In this document: positions 12,340-25,250 of the stretch, one piece after another | Layout of the letters: each line of letters starts with the position of its first letter | How positions within the stretch are numbered: position 1 is the stretch's first letter | Source of the DNA: Chiloscyllium plagiosum | Taxonomy: Eukaryota | Length of the DNA stretch: 49,430 bases | NCBI RefSeq assembly: GCF_004010195.1 | Contig: NC_057718.1 | Span: forward strand, 45,919,240-45,968,669 | Direction: 5' to 3' | Notes under the pieces: generated by a model | Seen by the model: the letters and a program-made list of their open reading frames with translations, nothing else | What the model was told of the DNA's origin: nothing | Database searches by the model: none | Made by a program: the position numbers and the translations under genes

Positions 12340-12605
12340 AAAATTAAGGATATATTTAATAGAGGTGTTCAGATGAAGGTTTGATGAGGTAAATAAGGAC
12401 AAACTGTTTTTGATGGCAAAAATGTCAGTAATCAGAGGACACAGATTCCGGTAAAAGCAAAATACTGCAGATGCTGAAAATCTGAAATATAAAATAACAT
12501 AGAATGCTGGAGAAACCCAGCATGTCTGGCAGCATCTGAAGAGAGAAACAGAGTTAAGTCAAGTCCAAAGATTGCTCTTCAAAACAGATTAAAGTAATTG
12601 GCAAA
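12340..12605. mobile_element. Old CR1 3' fragment (+) interrupted by an old PLE family D terminus (-, ~12452-12583)
   Basis: AAAAGCAAAATACTGCAGATGCTG...TCTGGCAGCATCTG..GAGAGAAACAGAGTTAA; ACAGATT duplicated on both sides. Confidence 0.6.
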
Positions 12606-12839
12606 AAGAAAAGAGAGTAACAGGTTTGAAGACCCAGTAAAGCTTGACCTACAATTCTGCTGGTTGACAATGTATAGAAATGACTGTTGTTACCTGCAAT
12701 GAGCCCAGGGATATGTATAACTGAAGGTCTTCATAAGCAATCTCAGTGAAGATCTTAAGTTGAGCATCTCTGCAGTTAGTTATTCTTACACTTCTGAAAA
12801 TTAGTGTTGATAAAGCAACTTTTTTTCCGACTAGTTTGT

Positions 12840-13010
12840 GGGGTTAGTTAGCTCAGTTAGTTGGATGGCTGACTTTGGTGCAGAGTGATGCCAACAGTGT
12901 AGTTGAGGTAAACATGAAGACTTCTCCTTGCTAACTTATCCCCTTGCCTGAGATGTGGTGACCCTCAGGTTAAACCACTGCCAGTCATCTCTCTAGGCTC
13001 CCCAAAAACT
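12840..13010 (+). mobile_element. Old tRNA-derived SINE (second copy at 30765-30905, minus strand)
   Basis: TAGCTCAGTT A-box-like head; central GACCCTCAGGTTAAACCA shared with the minus-strand copy. Confidence 0.65.
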
Positions 13011-13699
13011 AGGACAACTCTTCCTTTTTTTCTAGCCAGAGGGCCAGCAAATCTTTTTAACAAGAAGCATGATGAATATCATAGAAAAGGAAGAGTGTCT
13101 GGTATTTGTTTAGTGTTTTGTGTTTTGAGAAATGAAAATTAGGAACATGTCTCCTAACAGGAGTAGTACAGAGTACATTTGAACTTGGAGGACTTTTTTA
13201 ACAATGTGATGTGAAATTATAAAATCTTTGTTCTGGGAAGGAGAGTTAGATGGAAAATACAGATCACTGTACTCCCCACAAGATGTGGCAACTACTCCGA
13301 GATGCGTTTGGGTCTTTCCACAAATTGGCAGACACCCATTGAGTTGTCCGATATAGTGGCACCTCCATGAAGATTGCTGATCGGGGGGTTTCACTATCAA
13401 CTAGCATGCATTCAAGACCCCAATTTATTCACAACATCATGGTTTCAAAACTTGTGGTAAAATCTGGTCCAATTTTCTTTAATGCAGAAACAAGTGAGTT
13501 GTAAAGTGGTAATGAGAGTTGTTAATGCTGAGAGACTTTTTTGTCATAGTTCAGGAAGAGTTAATGAATGGTTAATGAGAAACCAATTGCTTCCTGGTTT
13601 TAAGACTTGCAATAGTTCCTGTTGGGTCTGCTTCTTGTGTTTTTATTTTCCCTCCCTCATTCAATTCTTCTTCATCTGATGATGCCTCATTTGTTGCTG

Positions 13700-14068
13700 T
13701 GTTTCCTCCCATCCATTGACTACATCTAAACTGTCTGCTGTATCAGAAAAGTAACCAATGTAATTAAAGACCCCTCCTGTGCTGGTTATATTCATTTCCA
13801 CCCTCTTGCATTGGGCAGAAGATATAAAAGTTTGAACACACATACAAACAGATTGAAGAACAGCTTATTCCCTGCTGTTATCAGACTTTTGAATGGACCT
13901 CTCAAATGTTAATGTTGATCTCTCTCTCTGAACCTTCTTGGCATGTAACACTGTATCCTGCATTCTGTTCTGATACCCTGATGCACTTGCATACTATGAT
14001 CTACCTGTAAAGTCTGTAAGACAACAGTTTTCAGTGTACGTCAGTACATGTGACAGTAATAAATCGAT
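13700..14068 (+). mobile_element. Rex1/Babar-like LINE 3' end
   Basis: GGGCAGAAGATATAAAAG...AGATTGAAGAACAGCTTATTCCCTGCTGTTATCAGACT (GRRY..RLKNS.FP.VIRL-like) and an AATAAA tail. Confidence 0.65.
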
Positions 14069-14604
14069 CAGAACAAATCCAACTCCAGTTATCTTATTGC
14101 TATATTTTGCAGATTGCTTACATTGACACAGTTAACTTTTTCGGAGCCTTGGTGTTAGGAATTCCCAGAGCAATCAAGCTCTGATCTTGAATTGAATCTT
14201 TGCCTCAAATTGCCAGTTGGTATACCATAACTCTGTCTGTACCTTTGTTGCTTAGATAAAATCCTCAAGCAACACTCCTGGCATTGCCAACCTCTGATAT
14301 TCCTGAATGTGTGGAGAAGTGAGGGGATAAATGAACATTGCTGATTGAAGTTGTGGTAGATATGGTACTGACTTGCTTTATGCTTCTGGAGTTGTTGTTG
14401 AACAATGTCAAAAGGAAGGACTTTCACTCCATCAAAGGCTCCGATAGCTATAAGAGTGCAGTTTATTATTGCTTGGAATAAAGAGAAGATGGCTGTAAAT
14501 GAAACTTCCATAGTTCTTGGTCTTGCAGTTGTTATTAGTTGAAGCAGGAATGCATTCATTTGATGTGGCAATGAGGGCATTAGTAACTAACTTGATGCAG
14601 GTAC

Positions 14605-15890
14605 TCATTGCTGGAACCAGTTTAGTAAGTCTCCTCTACACCTTCTCTAAGGTCTTGACGTCATTTTTAAACTCCAGTGTCCTGAATTGAACACAATGTA
14701 CTATTGAAGTCTAACCAATGTTTACTAAAGCTCTGGCATTACTTCATGCTTTTGTATTTTATTCCTTTACTAACAGAGTCAAGGATGCTGTATACCTACT
14801 CATTGAACAGCCTTTTCAATTGTCCTGCTAGCTTCAAAGAGTTGTGTGCATGCACTTCCAGATCTCTCTGTTCTTGTATTCCCTTTAAAATCATAATATT
14901 TAGTTCAAATTGTACCACCTCATTCTTCCTAACAATATGCAGTACATTTCATCTACCATATTTCTGTCTATTTCATCAGATTATCTCTGTTTACCTGAAC
15001 TCTGTAGCCAGCCTTCTTATTGTTTACTATGTGTCCGAGTTTCTTGTCATTTGCAAACTTTGAAATTATGCACAACATAATTCAAGCCAAGGCCATTAGT
15101 TATAGGTCAAAATGGTCCTCCTAATGATCACCACAGAACACTGTTGTATAGATTTTTTTTTTAGATTAGATTACATTACAGTGTGGAAACAGGCCCTTCG
15201 GCCCAACAAGTCCACACCGACCCGCCGAAGCATAACCTACCCATACCCCTACATTTACCCCTTTACCTAACACTACGGGCAATTTAGCATGGCCAATTCA
15301 CCTGAGCTGCACATCTTTGGACTGTGGGAGGAAACCGGAGCACCCGGAGGAAACCCACGCAGACACGGGGAGAATGTGCAAACTCCACACAGTCAGTCGC
15401 CTGAGGCGGGAACTGAACCCGGGTCTCTGGCGCTGTGAGGCAGCAGTGCTAACCACTGTGCCACCGTGCCGTATAGAAACAGCCATTCACAACTACTCTG
15501 TTTCCTGTCCCTAAACCAATTTTGTATGCATATTACCACTATCTTACTAATTCATGGGTTTTAATTTCATTTTATAATATTTTAATAAAAACTTTTTAAA
15601 GTCCAAATACGTACAACCAAATTATTGTCATCAACCTTCTCTGTACTACATTAGATAACTCAATTAGATTAATTAAACCCGATTTGTTTTTACCAGTTCT
15701 GTATTGACTTCAACTTGTGAACCCATACTTTCCTAAATGCCAAATAATTTTTCCCTAAAAATTGTTTCTAAAATGTACCTGCCACTGGATGCTAGGTTGA
15801 CTGGCCCATAATGACCAGATTTATCCCATTTCGCTTTTTTAAGCAGAGTGTTAACATTTGCAATCCTCCAGCACTCTAGCACTTCTATAT
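14605..15890 (-). mobile_element. Highly degraded CR1-like LINE, interrupted by a SINE
   Basis: Antisense RT-region hallmarks GTCATTTGCAAACTT (KFA.D) and GGCCCATAA (NY.P). Confidence 0.55.
15153..15470 (-). mobile_element. HE1-like V-SINE
   Basis: Reverse complement of 5778-6084; TSD GTATAGA at 15146-15152 and 15471-15477. Confidence 0.92.
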
Positions 15891-16639
15891 AAGTGACTAT
15901 TGAAAAATGCTAAGAACATTTGCACGTCATTAATTGCATTTTCTAACTTTCAGAAACACCGGTGCTGGATGTGAGACCGACCCCCTACAGCTTTAAATTA
16001 TGTTTACAAGTAAACTGCAATTGACAGTGAAGGAAGGTCACACAGCTGACATGCTTTTAATGCTCCACTAACTCCAAGGTCATGGCGCAGTACATCTGGC
16101 TACAAAATCCAAAAATTGTTTCTCAAGCTGCTTTCCTTTTTGTCTTATTTAGTGCTTGATATTAGTACTTGCTGAACTTTTTTCTTTCATTTAGTGGTAT
16201 TTCTGCCACTTAAAAATTGGATAAGAAATCCTCTATCTGTAATATTTTCACTGCAGTTTTAACTTGTGAAACATGCACATCAGATCATAAATTCCAACAG
16301 TTTCTAGCTGTTCCACTAAAAAACAAATCTGTTATGTTGATGAATAAAAATAGCAATTCAGCCAATTATTTTGAGGGTGGATGAAGTTATCTAAAATCAC
16401 ACTTCAATTTACAATTCACTATTTTCAGGTCACAATGTGAGTGATACCAACAAACCAAACAGTGGGCCTCATTTATACTGACAGTATGGTCGTCTCACCT
16501 TTTTTGATGAGGAACATAAGGAACACCAACAATACTGTAATTTGTAACAATTCTCCGCAGTGTCATCATTCAAAATCTTCTGATGCCCCACAAAGAGACA
16601 TTAAGATAGGCGACTTAAAGTTTGGCCAAATGAATAGGT

Positions 16640-16735
16640 CAAAGAGTCACCAGACTCGAAATGTTATCTCTGCTTTCTCTGCACAGATGCTGTGGGATGT
16701 GCTGAGTTTTGCCAGCAACTTCTAATTTTAGTTTG
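16640..16735 (+). mobile_element. Old PLE family D terminus starting in an HHR stem
   Basis: GAGTC ACCA GACTC GAAA hairpin followed by CAGATGCTG...GCTGAGTTTT.CCAGCA. Confidence 0.55.
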
Positions 16736-16990
16736 AATGGAAGCCTTATATGAGACAGAAAAGAGATGGAGTGGTTTAGAGAACTTAGTCATGGGGAGAG
16801 GGAAATTCTGATCTGTGAAACGGGTTTAAGTATTTAGTGGACATCATGATGACTGCTGCTTCCTATCTCCTAGATTTGGAGGAAGGCTGGGCGTACTTGA
16901 TCTCTGGATGATTTTCCTTCTTTCACCTTTTGACCATTTTTTCTTGTGGCTGTCAGTTGAAACCTGGCAGTAGAGCCCAGTACACAAGAG

Positions 16991-17413
16991 GAGAAAGTGA
17001 GGACTGCAGATGCTGGAGATCAGAGCTGAAAATGTGTTGCTGGAAAAGCGCAGCAGGTCAGGCAGCATCCAAGGAGCAGGAGAATCGACGTTTCGGGCAT
17101 AAGCCTCACTGATTTCAAGGTAGGCACTTCTGGTTTTGCAGTATGCAACATACCACAATAGATTTGCATCCTTTGGATGAGTCATACTTTAATACTTCTC
17201 TATGACACTGAAATTGTTGCTTGAAAAGAATGTTCATTTGCTCTGTAATGAATTGCATTGCTTTGTGTGCTTGATTGTACTTGCATTCTGCTGACACCTG
17301 TGGGTTCTGCAATGATTCTTCATTCCTGAAGAAGGGCTTATGCCCGAAACGTCGATTCTCCTGCTCCTTGGATGCTGCCTGACCTGCTGCGCTTTTCCAG
17401 CAACACATTTTCA
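16991..17413. mobile_element. PLE family A inverted termini enclosing a 212-bp inverted copy of 18232-18443
   Basis: TSD CCCAGT(A/G)CACAAGAG at 16976-16990 and 17415-17429; the overlapping parts of the arms are identical; intact HHR core at 17326-17353. Confidence 0.92.
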
Positions 17414-18231
17414 TCCCAGTGCACAAGAGAAAAGTGACGAGTTCTACCATTAGAATGAGATGGTATTGTGGGATCTTCTCATTCTCCAGCAAACTCCATT
17501 CTTCTCTTTCAAGCTCTATTGTTTAATTTTCCACACTTCAGACCTGTCAGAATTCTCTCATCTATCAAGAGCCAATGATACATATGTAATGAGCTTCACT
17601 GCAGGTAAATGGGATGTGGAATGTATAAAATGGAGAACAGAACTCCTGCCCCATCAGACATGCAGCACAAGGAAAAAAATCCCCTTTTTAAATATTATGT
17701 CTGACCTGTCAAAGAACAATGTCTATGGATGTTCAGACATTTGTGGGAGATAATGATATGAGTGTGACTTTAACTGCATTTCTTATGGCTGTGAAAGTGA
17801 TAGCAGTCATTAATTTTCTCAATCTTATTCACTTCAATCCCCAAATGATTCTTTGCATTGGCAATGGCCACTAGCAATGATTAAATGCCCGATACCTCAT
17901 TCTAGAAACCCTATCCTTTTAGAACAAAGTGACAAGAAACAGCAACAATCCAATGCTCTTGCTGGCTTCCCCACTGTTTTGCCAAATATATGCATGTACA
18001 GATCGTTACTGATCATCAAATTAATGGTGCATATCATCTATGCAAGCTTTCATTCCTTAATTTGCAGGTGATCTGTGCTAAAAAAAAATAACTTTGTGGC
18101 GAAGGCAGGGTCAACTCTGACTGCTTCATCCTTACCAGTTTAGTGCGCTTGGATGCTTAAATGGGCTACTTGGTTGCAAGGCTGTCTTTAGGGAAATTAT
18201 TACTATGGTTCGCAACCATGACTCATAACCC

Positions 18232-18443
18232 CATTGCAGAACCCACAGGTGTCAGCAGAATGCAAGTACAATCAAGCACACAAAGCAATGCAATTCATTA
18301 CAGAGCAAATGAACATTCTTTTCAAGCAACAATTTCAGTGTCATAGAGAAGTATTAAAGTATGACTCATCCAAAGGATGCAAATCTATTGTGGTATGTTG
18401 CATAGTGCAAAACCAGAAGTGCCTACCTTGAAATCAGTGAGGC
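18232..18443 (+). repeat. Donor of the inverted copy at 17103-17314
   Basis: One mismatch seen in 212 bp; the ORF track shows the near-identical peptide on opposite strands. Confidence 0.95.
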
Positions 18444-19075
18444 ATGGCCCTGAGCCATTGTTAAGGATGAAACAGAACTCCAATAGCCTGCAAATGCTGA
18501 GCCAATCCTGGCACAGGAGTTTTGCAAAAATCTAATTCGTACACATTTCAGCTAAGGGAATTTCCCATGGTAATGTGATTATAGTCATCTACTTGTCCTA
18601 CCCTTTCGAGGTTACTATGTATACTTAGCAATTCATCACTGCTAACATAGATAGAGGTATAAAAGGGAAATAAAGAAAGAGAAAAAGAGATTTGGCTATG
18701 CCCATTGGAAAAGCTGTCTCTGTTTAAAAAGAGAGATTAAAAATGCACAAATTCTAAACAAATGTAAAATACATATAGAGTGAGTGTTCTATTACACATG
18801 CTGGATGAAATTCAACGTAGGAATGAAAGTCAAGTGGATGATGATTATTCAGCAGCCCTTTTTACACCCTGTTGGATCACTGCTTATTTTGTGCTGATCA
18901 AATATCACCTCTAAATTATTTGTTGGGGAAGGTGGAAACAATGGTTTTGATTCCATATTATTTGACTGGATGTATCCTGTGGACTATTTCTGAAACCAAT
19001 TAGTTTCAGAACATCACCCTTGTGGCAATGGTGCCTGTTACAAGCTCAGAGGACAACCTGTACTGTTTCTTTATA

Positions 19076-19545
19076 AAAGCAAAGTACTGCAGATGCTGGC
19101 AATCTGAAATAAAATGTGTTGGAGAAACTCAGCAGATCTGGCAGCATGTGGAGAGACAAACAGCCTTGCCCACCGTGCCTTGTGGGCGGCACGGTGGCAC
19201 AGTGGTTAGCACTGCTGCCTCACAGCGCCTGAGACCCGGGTTCATTTCCCGCCTCAGGCGACTGACTGTGTGGAGTTTGCACGTTCTCCCCGTGTCTGCG
19301 TGGGTTTCCTCCGGGTGCTCCGGTTTCCTCCCACAGTCCAAAAGATGTGCAGGGTCAGGTGAATTGGCCATGCTAAATTGCCCGTAGTGTTAGGTAAGGG
19401 GTAAATGTATGGGTGGGTTTCGCTTCGGCGGGTCGGTGTGGACTTGTTGGGCCGAAGGGCCTGTTTCCACACTGTAATGTAATCTAATCTAATCTAATCT
19501 AAACAGAGTTAATGTCTTGAATCTGATATGACGTTTCTTCGGAAT
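19076..19545 (-). mobile_element. Old PLE family D terminus split by a SINE
   Basis: Same motif as 12452-12583; continues after the SINE with AGTTAATGTCTTGA. Confidence 0.6.
19184..19500 (+). mobile_element. HE1-like V-SINE with (AATCT)n tail
   Basis: A/B boxes, V-domain; TSD AAACAG at 19158-19163 and 19501-19506. Confidence 0.92.
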
Positions 19546-22500
19546 GGAAGTGTAAGTCAAATAGAGTGAGTGTGAGGTGGCATTTACCCTGGCAGAATGG
19601 AGGGGGCCATTGACCTTCTTACACTGTGGAGCATTCCTCTGGACAACTGAAATTGACCTGGATGGCAATCATAGGCCAGGTTAGCAGGGTCTGGTGGAGT
19701 AGTTACCACAGCCAGTCCTCCTCTGCAAAACCCATCCACCCAGGTTTCTGGGTCCCTGTCCACAAAGTGAAGCACCAATTTACGCATTGAACTGTTCCAT
19801 TAAGGAAGAGCTTATATTTCTGGCAGGGGATTCTGATCAGGGCTCCTTCATAAATACGGGGTTTACTTTAAACCTGACAGGTTCCTCATAGTGCAGGATT
19901 GTTGGGGAAAGGCAAACAGGCCCCCTTTCTCATTCACGGGATATGGGCATCACTGGCTGGACCAGAATTTACTGCCAATCCTTAATTGCCCACCACATTT
20001 GGTTTGTTGCCATATTCTGTTATGTCAATGTTCAACATTGCCGACAGTTTACTGATGGTTACTGCATCATTGCTGCAACTCTCACCTTTTTTAGGAACCA
20101 GGCAAAAACCATTTGCTATCAGTTTATGACCAATGTACTTGATCTTAGGCATCTTTGATTGCATTTTGTTCATATTCACCTGACAAGCACTGATTCATAG
20201 TCACACTAGATTTTGATCATGATCAGCAATGGCTTTTCCCATTGTATCTTTGCATCTATAAACTAGCAGATCTTCCACTATACCTTATCATGGGGCTGAT
20301 CACCAACTATCTCATTCTGACTGCATTGGCATGTCTCTAAAATTGTGGAAATGCCAAATATCATGTGCATCTATCTGTATTTCCTAACTGTTATCCAGAA
20401 TATAGTTAAAAGCTACTGGTTTAAACCAGTTTCACTTGCCAGTAACCATGCTTTACCTCTTTATTTTTGGCCTTTGCCAATGGTGGCAAACTTTCTTCAA
20501 TGGCTGACCTGGGGTAATGAGATCTTTTTCAGATCCTTTAGTTTGATGCATACTCTCAGCTTTCCAAGTTGATTCTCTGTTACCATGCTTCTAATCAAGT
20601 CTGGCAAGCTGTAACACTCTTGATGACTCAACTTTCTTCAGGTTTCTATTCTGTCTTTCAGGCTGCAGGCTGGCCTTGGTAGCAGCAGGAACATTCTACA
20701 GCAGATGCTGACTTGGTCTAACACTCTCATCTACTTCAAGATAATGTTCTTCAGAAACACAACCTGAAACAGATAACACATTTTTGTACTCGGGTAGGAT
20801 CTGTTCAATGGTCAATATTTTGATGTACTGCAATACATTACAAATCTCTTTTGGAACATTAGAATTTACCAGTCCGAGTTTTAGCCTTGAGCAGTGAAGA
20901 GTTAATGTTACTTACCAGAGATGATCTGGAACACCATATCTTCATTCTGCTTTTGACATTGGGTTCTCAGAGTAATTGTCCTCTCAGTATTGTGCCATCA
21001 TTTAGCTTTAATCTTACTTTGAATTATCATGTTGAGTGATTTCACATAGATCTACAAAGTTCACAATGTTGCATGATGCACTGATGTTTAACAAACATTT
21101 CTATTGACTTGATGTTCCACTTCCACAGTTATCATTTGAGCAATCACAAGCTATTTATAATCATCAACCTGACTGAACCAATCTGTCTCTATAGTGTAGA
21201 GTTATTTGCTAAAGTCCTTTACCAATATCTTAGCAGTAGCTTTCTGTACCTTTGTTGTATTTCCGTTGAGCCAAACTCTTGCGGGCAAAATGATTCAGCC
21301 TCTTGCACACTGCTTTCCCTATGCTGTACATGGATTCTCCTTTGTGTGATATCCTCCACAGAATTAGATTCCTCCCATTTGTCCATGATCTATTTGTTCT
21401 CTGCCTGTAATATCAAGCAGCACAAACTAAATCCTAGTCTATTCTACCATGATTACATCCTAGCTGCAACTGCAGCTTCTGCACATGTAGGTCTTTTTCC
21501 TGAGTTTGTCCTCTTATTATTTACACTCTTTCTTTTGGATTTGTTTTGCCTAATACATTCCTGTCTTTGATTATATCATCTTTTAATTATGCAACTTCAG
21601 GGGATTTTGCAAGCTGTGTTAATATAGTTACATATTGAGCAATGCACTCTTTTCCACCTTGGCCCCACAATCCATCATAAATTACATTCACAAGTGGTTG
21701 AAATAATTCAAAATTTATGCTGTCCACTTTTTGTTTGGAGAGATTTGGTGTGAAATTCAGTCTTTAGCAGTCTCTCCCCAACAGTGTCAAATATTTTCCT
21801 ACTTATAGTACTGAGTGTAATTCTTGCTGAGTGGCTTACTTAATTTCCTGTTTGTTTGAGTGTTGTTGTGCACCATTAGGTTGTTTTGGAATTTGCAGTT
21901 CCCGAAGTGTCTTAATTCTCACATCAAGCTATCACCTACAATACCTTATCATTACATTTTCTATCTTGTTGGATTTTCACAAACAAGAAAATACATTCAT
22001 AGATGAAGAACATTTTATCAAAAAACTTTACATTTTATAAGTTCAAATTCAATGAGTTGCCTGGTACTGCTGAAAATGTGAACTACTTATACAGGAAGTC
22101 TGTGATAAAGGAGCTCTGCATAATGTCTCTGCTTTTAGAGTGAAAGACATTTACAATTTGTTTTACTGCTTACATTCACCCTCCTTTTTTAAAAATAATC
22201 TCAATAAAAGCCTGTTTTACAATCCCTCAAGCTGACAGTGCTAATACAATCACCTAAATCCAGAGTTAGAGAAATGAAAATGGTGAGGATTAAATTTTAT
22301 GAAACCTTTCTTTGGAGCATTTTTGAATTTTGTGTCCCTTTAAATTGGATCATAACCATGTTGCATGCAGCTTAACTCCAGACGGTGTGCTTTCACTTTT
22401 ATTCCCCTCCATAGCAGGCTTACAGTATTAAGTGAAAGTCCATAAAGAATGTGTGCAGCAGCGATCGTTAATACTATAAGCCTGATTGTTAAGCTCAAAC

Positions 22501-23326
22501 ACTGAATTGGGTGCCGGACTTAGAAAAATATGCTTGCTGTGTCATAATTGTTGCATGCATAGGTGCAATCTCTAACTGCACAATTAATATATACATGTAC
22601 ACATGAGTGAGAATATGGTCCAGATTTCCACATGTTGGATTTCCTCTATGGACAGTAAGAGACTGATATTTAGATAGGGCTTATTTATTAAAACATGATT
22701 TCATGTAATTTTTAAATACGTAAGCATTTCCTAAGAATTATTACTTATAAAATTGTCTTTAATGCAATATCCTTCTTGTGACGGCTCAAAGGATGGCAAC
22801 TTGAAAATGTAAATATATCAGAGATCCTTAGATCTGTGATCATTAGAATATCACCCATAGCAGCCAGGTTTCAACAGAAATAGCTTTCCACTTCCAACAT
22901 AAGTTTAAAATCTGATTTAGAAGCTTAAAAATCCAAATAAAACATACATTACCTAATAAAGCAAAACATGTCAGTAAATTTGCAAATAATTTGTTATAAA
23001 ATTTCATGCCCAACCAAGCACAGTCCAGATTTAAAAGTTTTTGTCACAGTTCATTTTATCAAATAATTAGTTCTTTAAAATAAACAGAAAAAGTTACATA
23101 ATAAAAGTATTTACTTATCACAAAATGAATTTTATTCTAAAATGTATTGTTTTTTCACAGGTATGTCTGACAGCTAATAATTATATTAATGAACTGAATG
23201 TTAATTAAAAATTGGAAGCAATTTAGTTGTAACCATTGACTTTGTGTTAAAACATTTTGTTTGGACACTGAAATGGAAAAGATATAATTTGGTACATTAA
23301 GTTTTTTTATTCAAGTTCTGTTCCTT

Positions 23327-23419
23327 CACCTGATAAAGAGCACATGCCTGAAATGTCGATTCTCCTGCTCCTTGGATGCTGCCTGAGCTGCTGTGCTTTT
23401 CCAGCACCACACTCTCGAC
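23327..23419 (+). mobile_element. Solo PLE (family A-related) terminal fragment starting at a decayed HHR
   Basis: GTCGATTCTCCTGCTCCTTGGATGCTGCCTGA; TSD TCTGTTCCTT at 23317-23326 and 23420-23429. Confidence 0.85.
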
Positions 23420-23499
23420 TCTGTTCCTTAGCCAACCAATCCAAACCTCAACCTACTGCTGAACCAGAATCTCTATAACAGTAGCTCTCTTTGCCTTGC

Positions 23500-23820
23500 C
23501 TCATCTCATCCTTGCCTCTCTGTTATCTCTAGACTCAACTATTCCTACATTTTTCTGGTTGACTTCCCACTTTCCACTGTTCAGAAATTTGAACTCATCA
23601 AAATCTTTGCCACCCATATCCTGATGCACAGGTCCTGTGCATCCATCACTCCTGTGCTCACTGACCTACACTGACATGGCCAAACCTGATTTGAACATTT
23701 TCAGTCTTTGTTTTCAAATCCCTCTGGTGCTTCAACCCGTATTATCCCTGTAATCTCCTCCAAGTCTCCAAAATGACGTACTAAGTTAAAGGTGCTGTAC
23801 AAATGTAAGTTATCATTGTT
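23500..23820 (+). mobile_element. L2-like LINE 3' fragment
   Basis: SRL(D)YS-like and CATCACTCCTGTGCTCACTGACCTACACTG (ITPVL.DLH) motifs. Confidence 0.65.
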
Positions 23821-24069
23821 TAAAGTTTTAAAACTGGAAGAAAGGGACCTTTTCTTGCTCACAACTATGATCAGAGATTCATGAGGGCATTTATTTGGAA
23901 CCAATAGTGCTTTATGTTAACACAGTTAACATGGTATTATTATCCAATTTACAACAATCAGCTTTTATGATTACTGAGTAAGATTAAAAGTTTTCTATAA
24001 TGTATAATATTGGATGAAGAGAATATAATCTAGCGAAAGGAACAAAACTTGTAATAATCAAATAATTTC

Positions 24070-24615
24070 ACAATATACAGTACATAAGAATGGCATTTGG
24101 CTGTTTGACTCTACACCAACTTTTGGAAAATAATTCAGTTAGTTCCACATCTGGTCTCCTTCCCCAATCCTTTGCAATTATTTCTACTTCGAGTGTTTGT
24201 CAAATTCCCTTTTGGATGCTGCCACTAATTCTGGATCCACATCCTATCAGACAGTGCATTCCAAAGTTAAACCCCCAGAAAAATGTTTTTCTTTATGTCA
24301 CCTCTGATTCATTTGCCAATTTTTGCCTTTCAGTTATTCACCTTTCAATCATAGCAAACAATTTCTCTTTATGTACTCTATCTAAACCCGTCAAGATTTT
24401 AAACCTCTCTATTAAATCTCATCTTACTGTTGTCCAGCGTATTATGTAACTGTAATCCATTAACCCTAGAACCATGCAAGCCAATTTCTTTTGTTCCATT
24501 TCTAAAGCCTTCAAGTCCTTCATAAAATAATGTGCCCAGAATTGGATGCAACACACCAACTAGAACTGAATTGTTGTTTTACATCATTTTAGCATCACTT
24601 CCTGGCTTTATCACT
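24070..24615 (-). mobile_element. Degraded CR1 3' fragment
   Basis: CAGTGCATTCCA and GTGCCCAGAATTG antisense CR1 motifs. Confidence 0.55.
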
Positions 24616-24984
24616 CAATGACATTGATTTTAGAGAAATCTGTAGGAATCCAGAACCATTTGAAAATGGTAAGTGGGCCCATATTTCTGAGATCCTTGCC
24701 CCTAATCACAGCACTGTCAGTTTTCACCAGCGTGGATAAGAGCATGGATAGCAAACTTACATCCTGCACACCTGACCTGGATGGCTCCATATTGGAGAAG
24801 AAATTGGCCCTTAATCAGGCCAACTGGTTGAATACTGCTGGTGGATGGGGTTCGTGGTGGTGGGGGGGTGGGCGGCAGTTTGACAACGTCAGCATCCTCA
24901 CTTTTTATGGGGAGGAAATAATCTATCCAGAGAAGAGCGTGACCATTGATATGGAGATGGGATTCTTCAAGGGCCAACTCAGTA

Positions 24985-25250
24985 CCTTGTTCCTGCTTTC
25001 TCCTCACACCCTTTGATCCCTTTAGCTCTAAGAATTACATGTAAATCCTTCATGAAAACATTCATGCCCCAACCATCTTTTGTGGCAGAAAATTCCATAG
25101 ACAAACCACTCTTTGGGTGAAAAAATTTCCCCTTAGCCCACATTCTTAGCCTGTGAGCCCTGGTACCGGAATCCCTGGTCATTGGGAACATGCTTCCTGC
25201 ATTTCACCTTTCAGTCCTGGTGGAAATTTTTAGGTGTCTATGAGATTCCT
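24985..25250 (-). mobile_element. CR1 3' fragment
   Basis: Related to 45590-46020 and antisense to 5570-5760. Confidence 0.7.

Noticed and set aside
14155..14580. 141-aa minus-strand ORF
   Set aside because: No recognisable domain or splice context; length is compatible with chance.
16930..17112. Recurrent peptide MCCWKSAAGQAASKEQENRRFGHKP
   Set aside because: Antisense translation of the non-coding PLE terminal repeat.
16991..17413. MITE or CRISPR-like repeat-spacer interpretation of the inverted termini
   Set aside because: The arms are asymmetric PLE 3' ends with variable TSD lengths; there is no array and no cas or transposase context, and the DNA is eukaryotic.
21109..21570. 153-aa hydrophobic ORF
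   Set aside because: Product of T-rich sequence; no recognisable motif.
24680..24980. GC-richer blocks (also 19580-19930) resembling old non-autonomous DNA transposons
   Set aside because: No terminal inverted repeats or TSDs could be defined.
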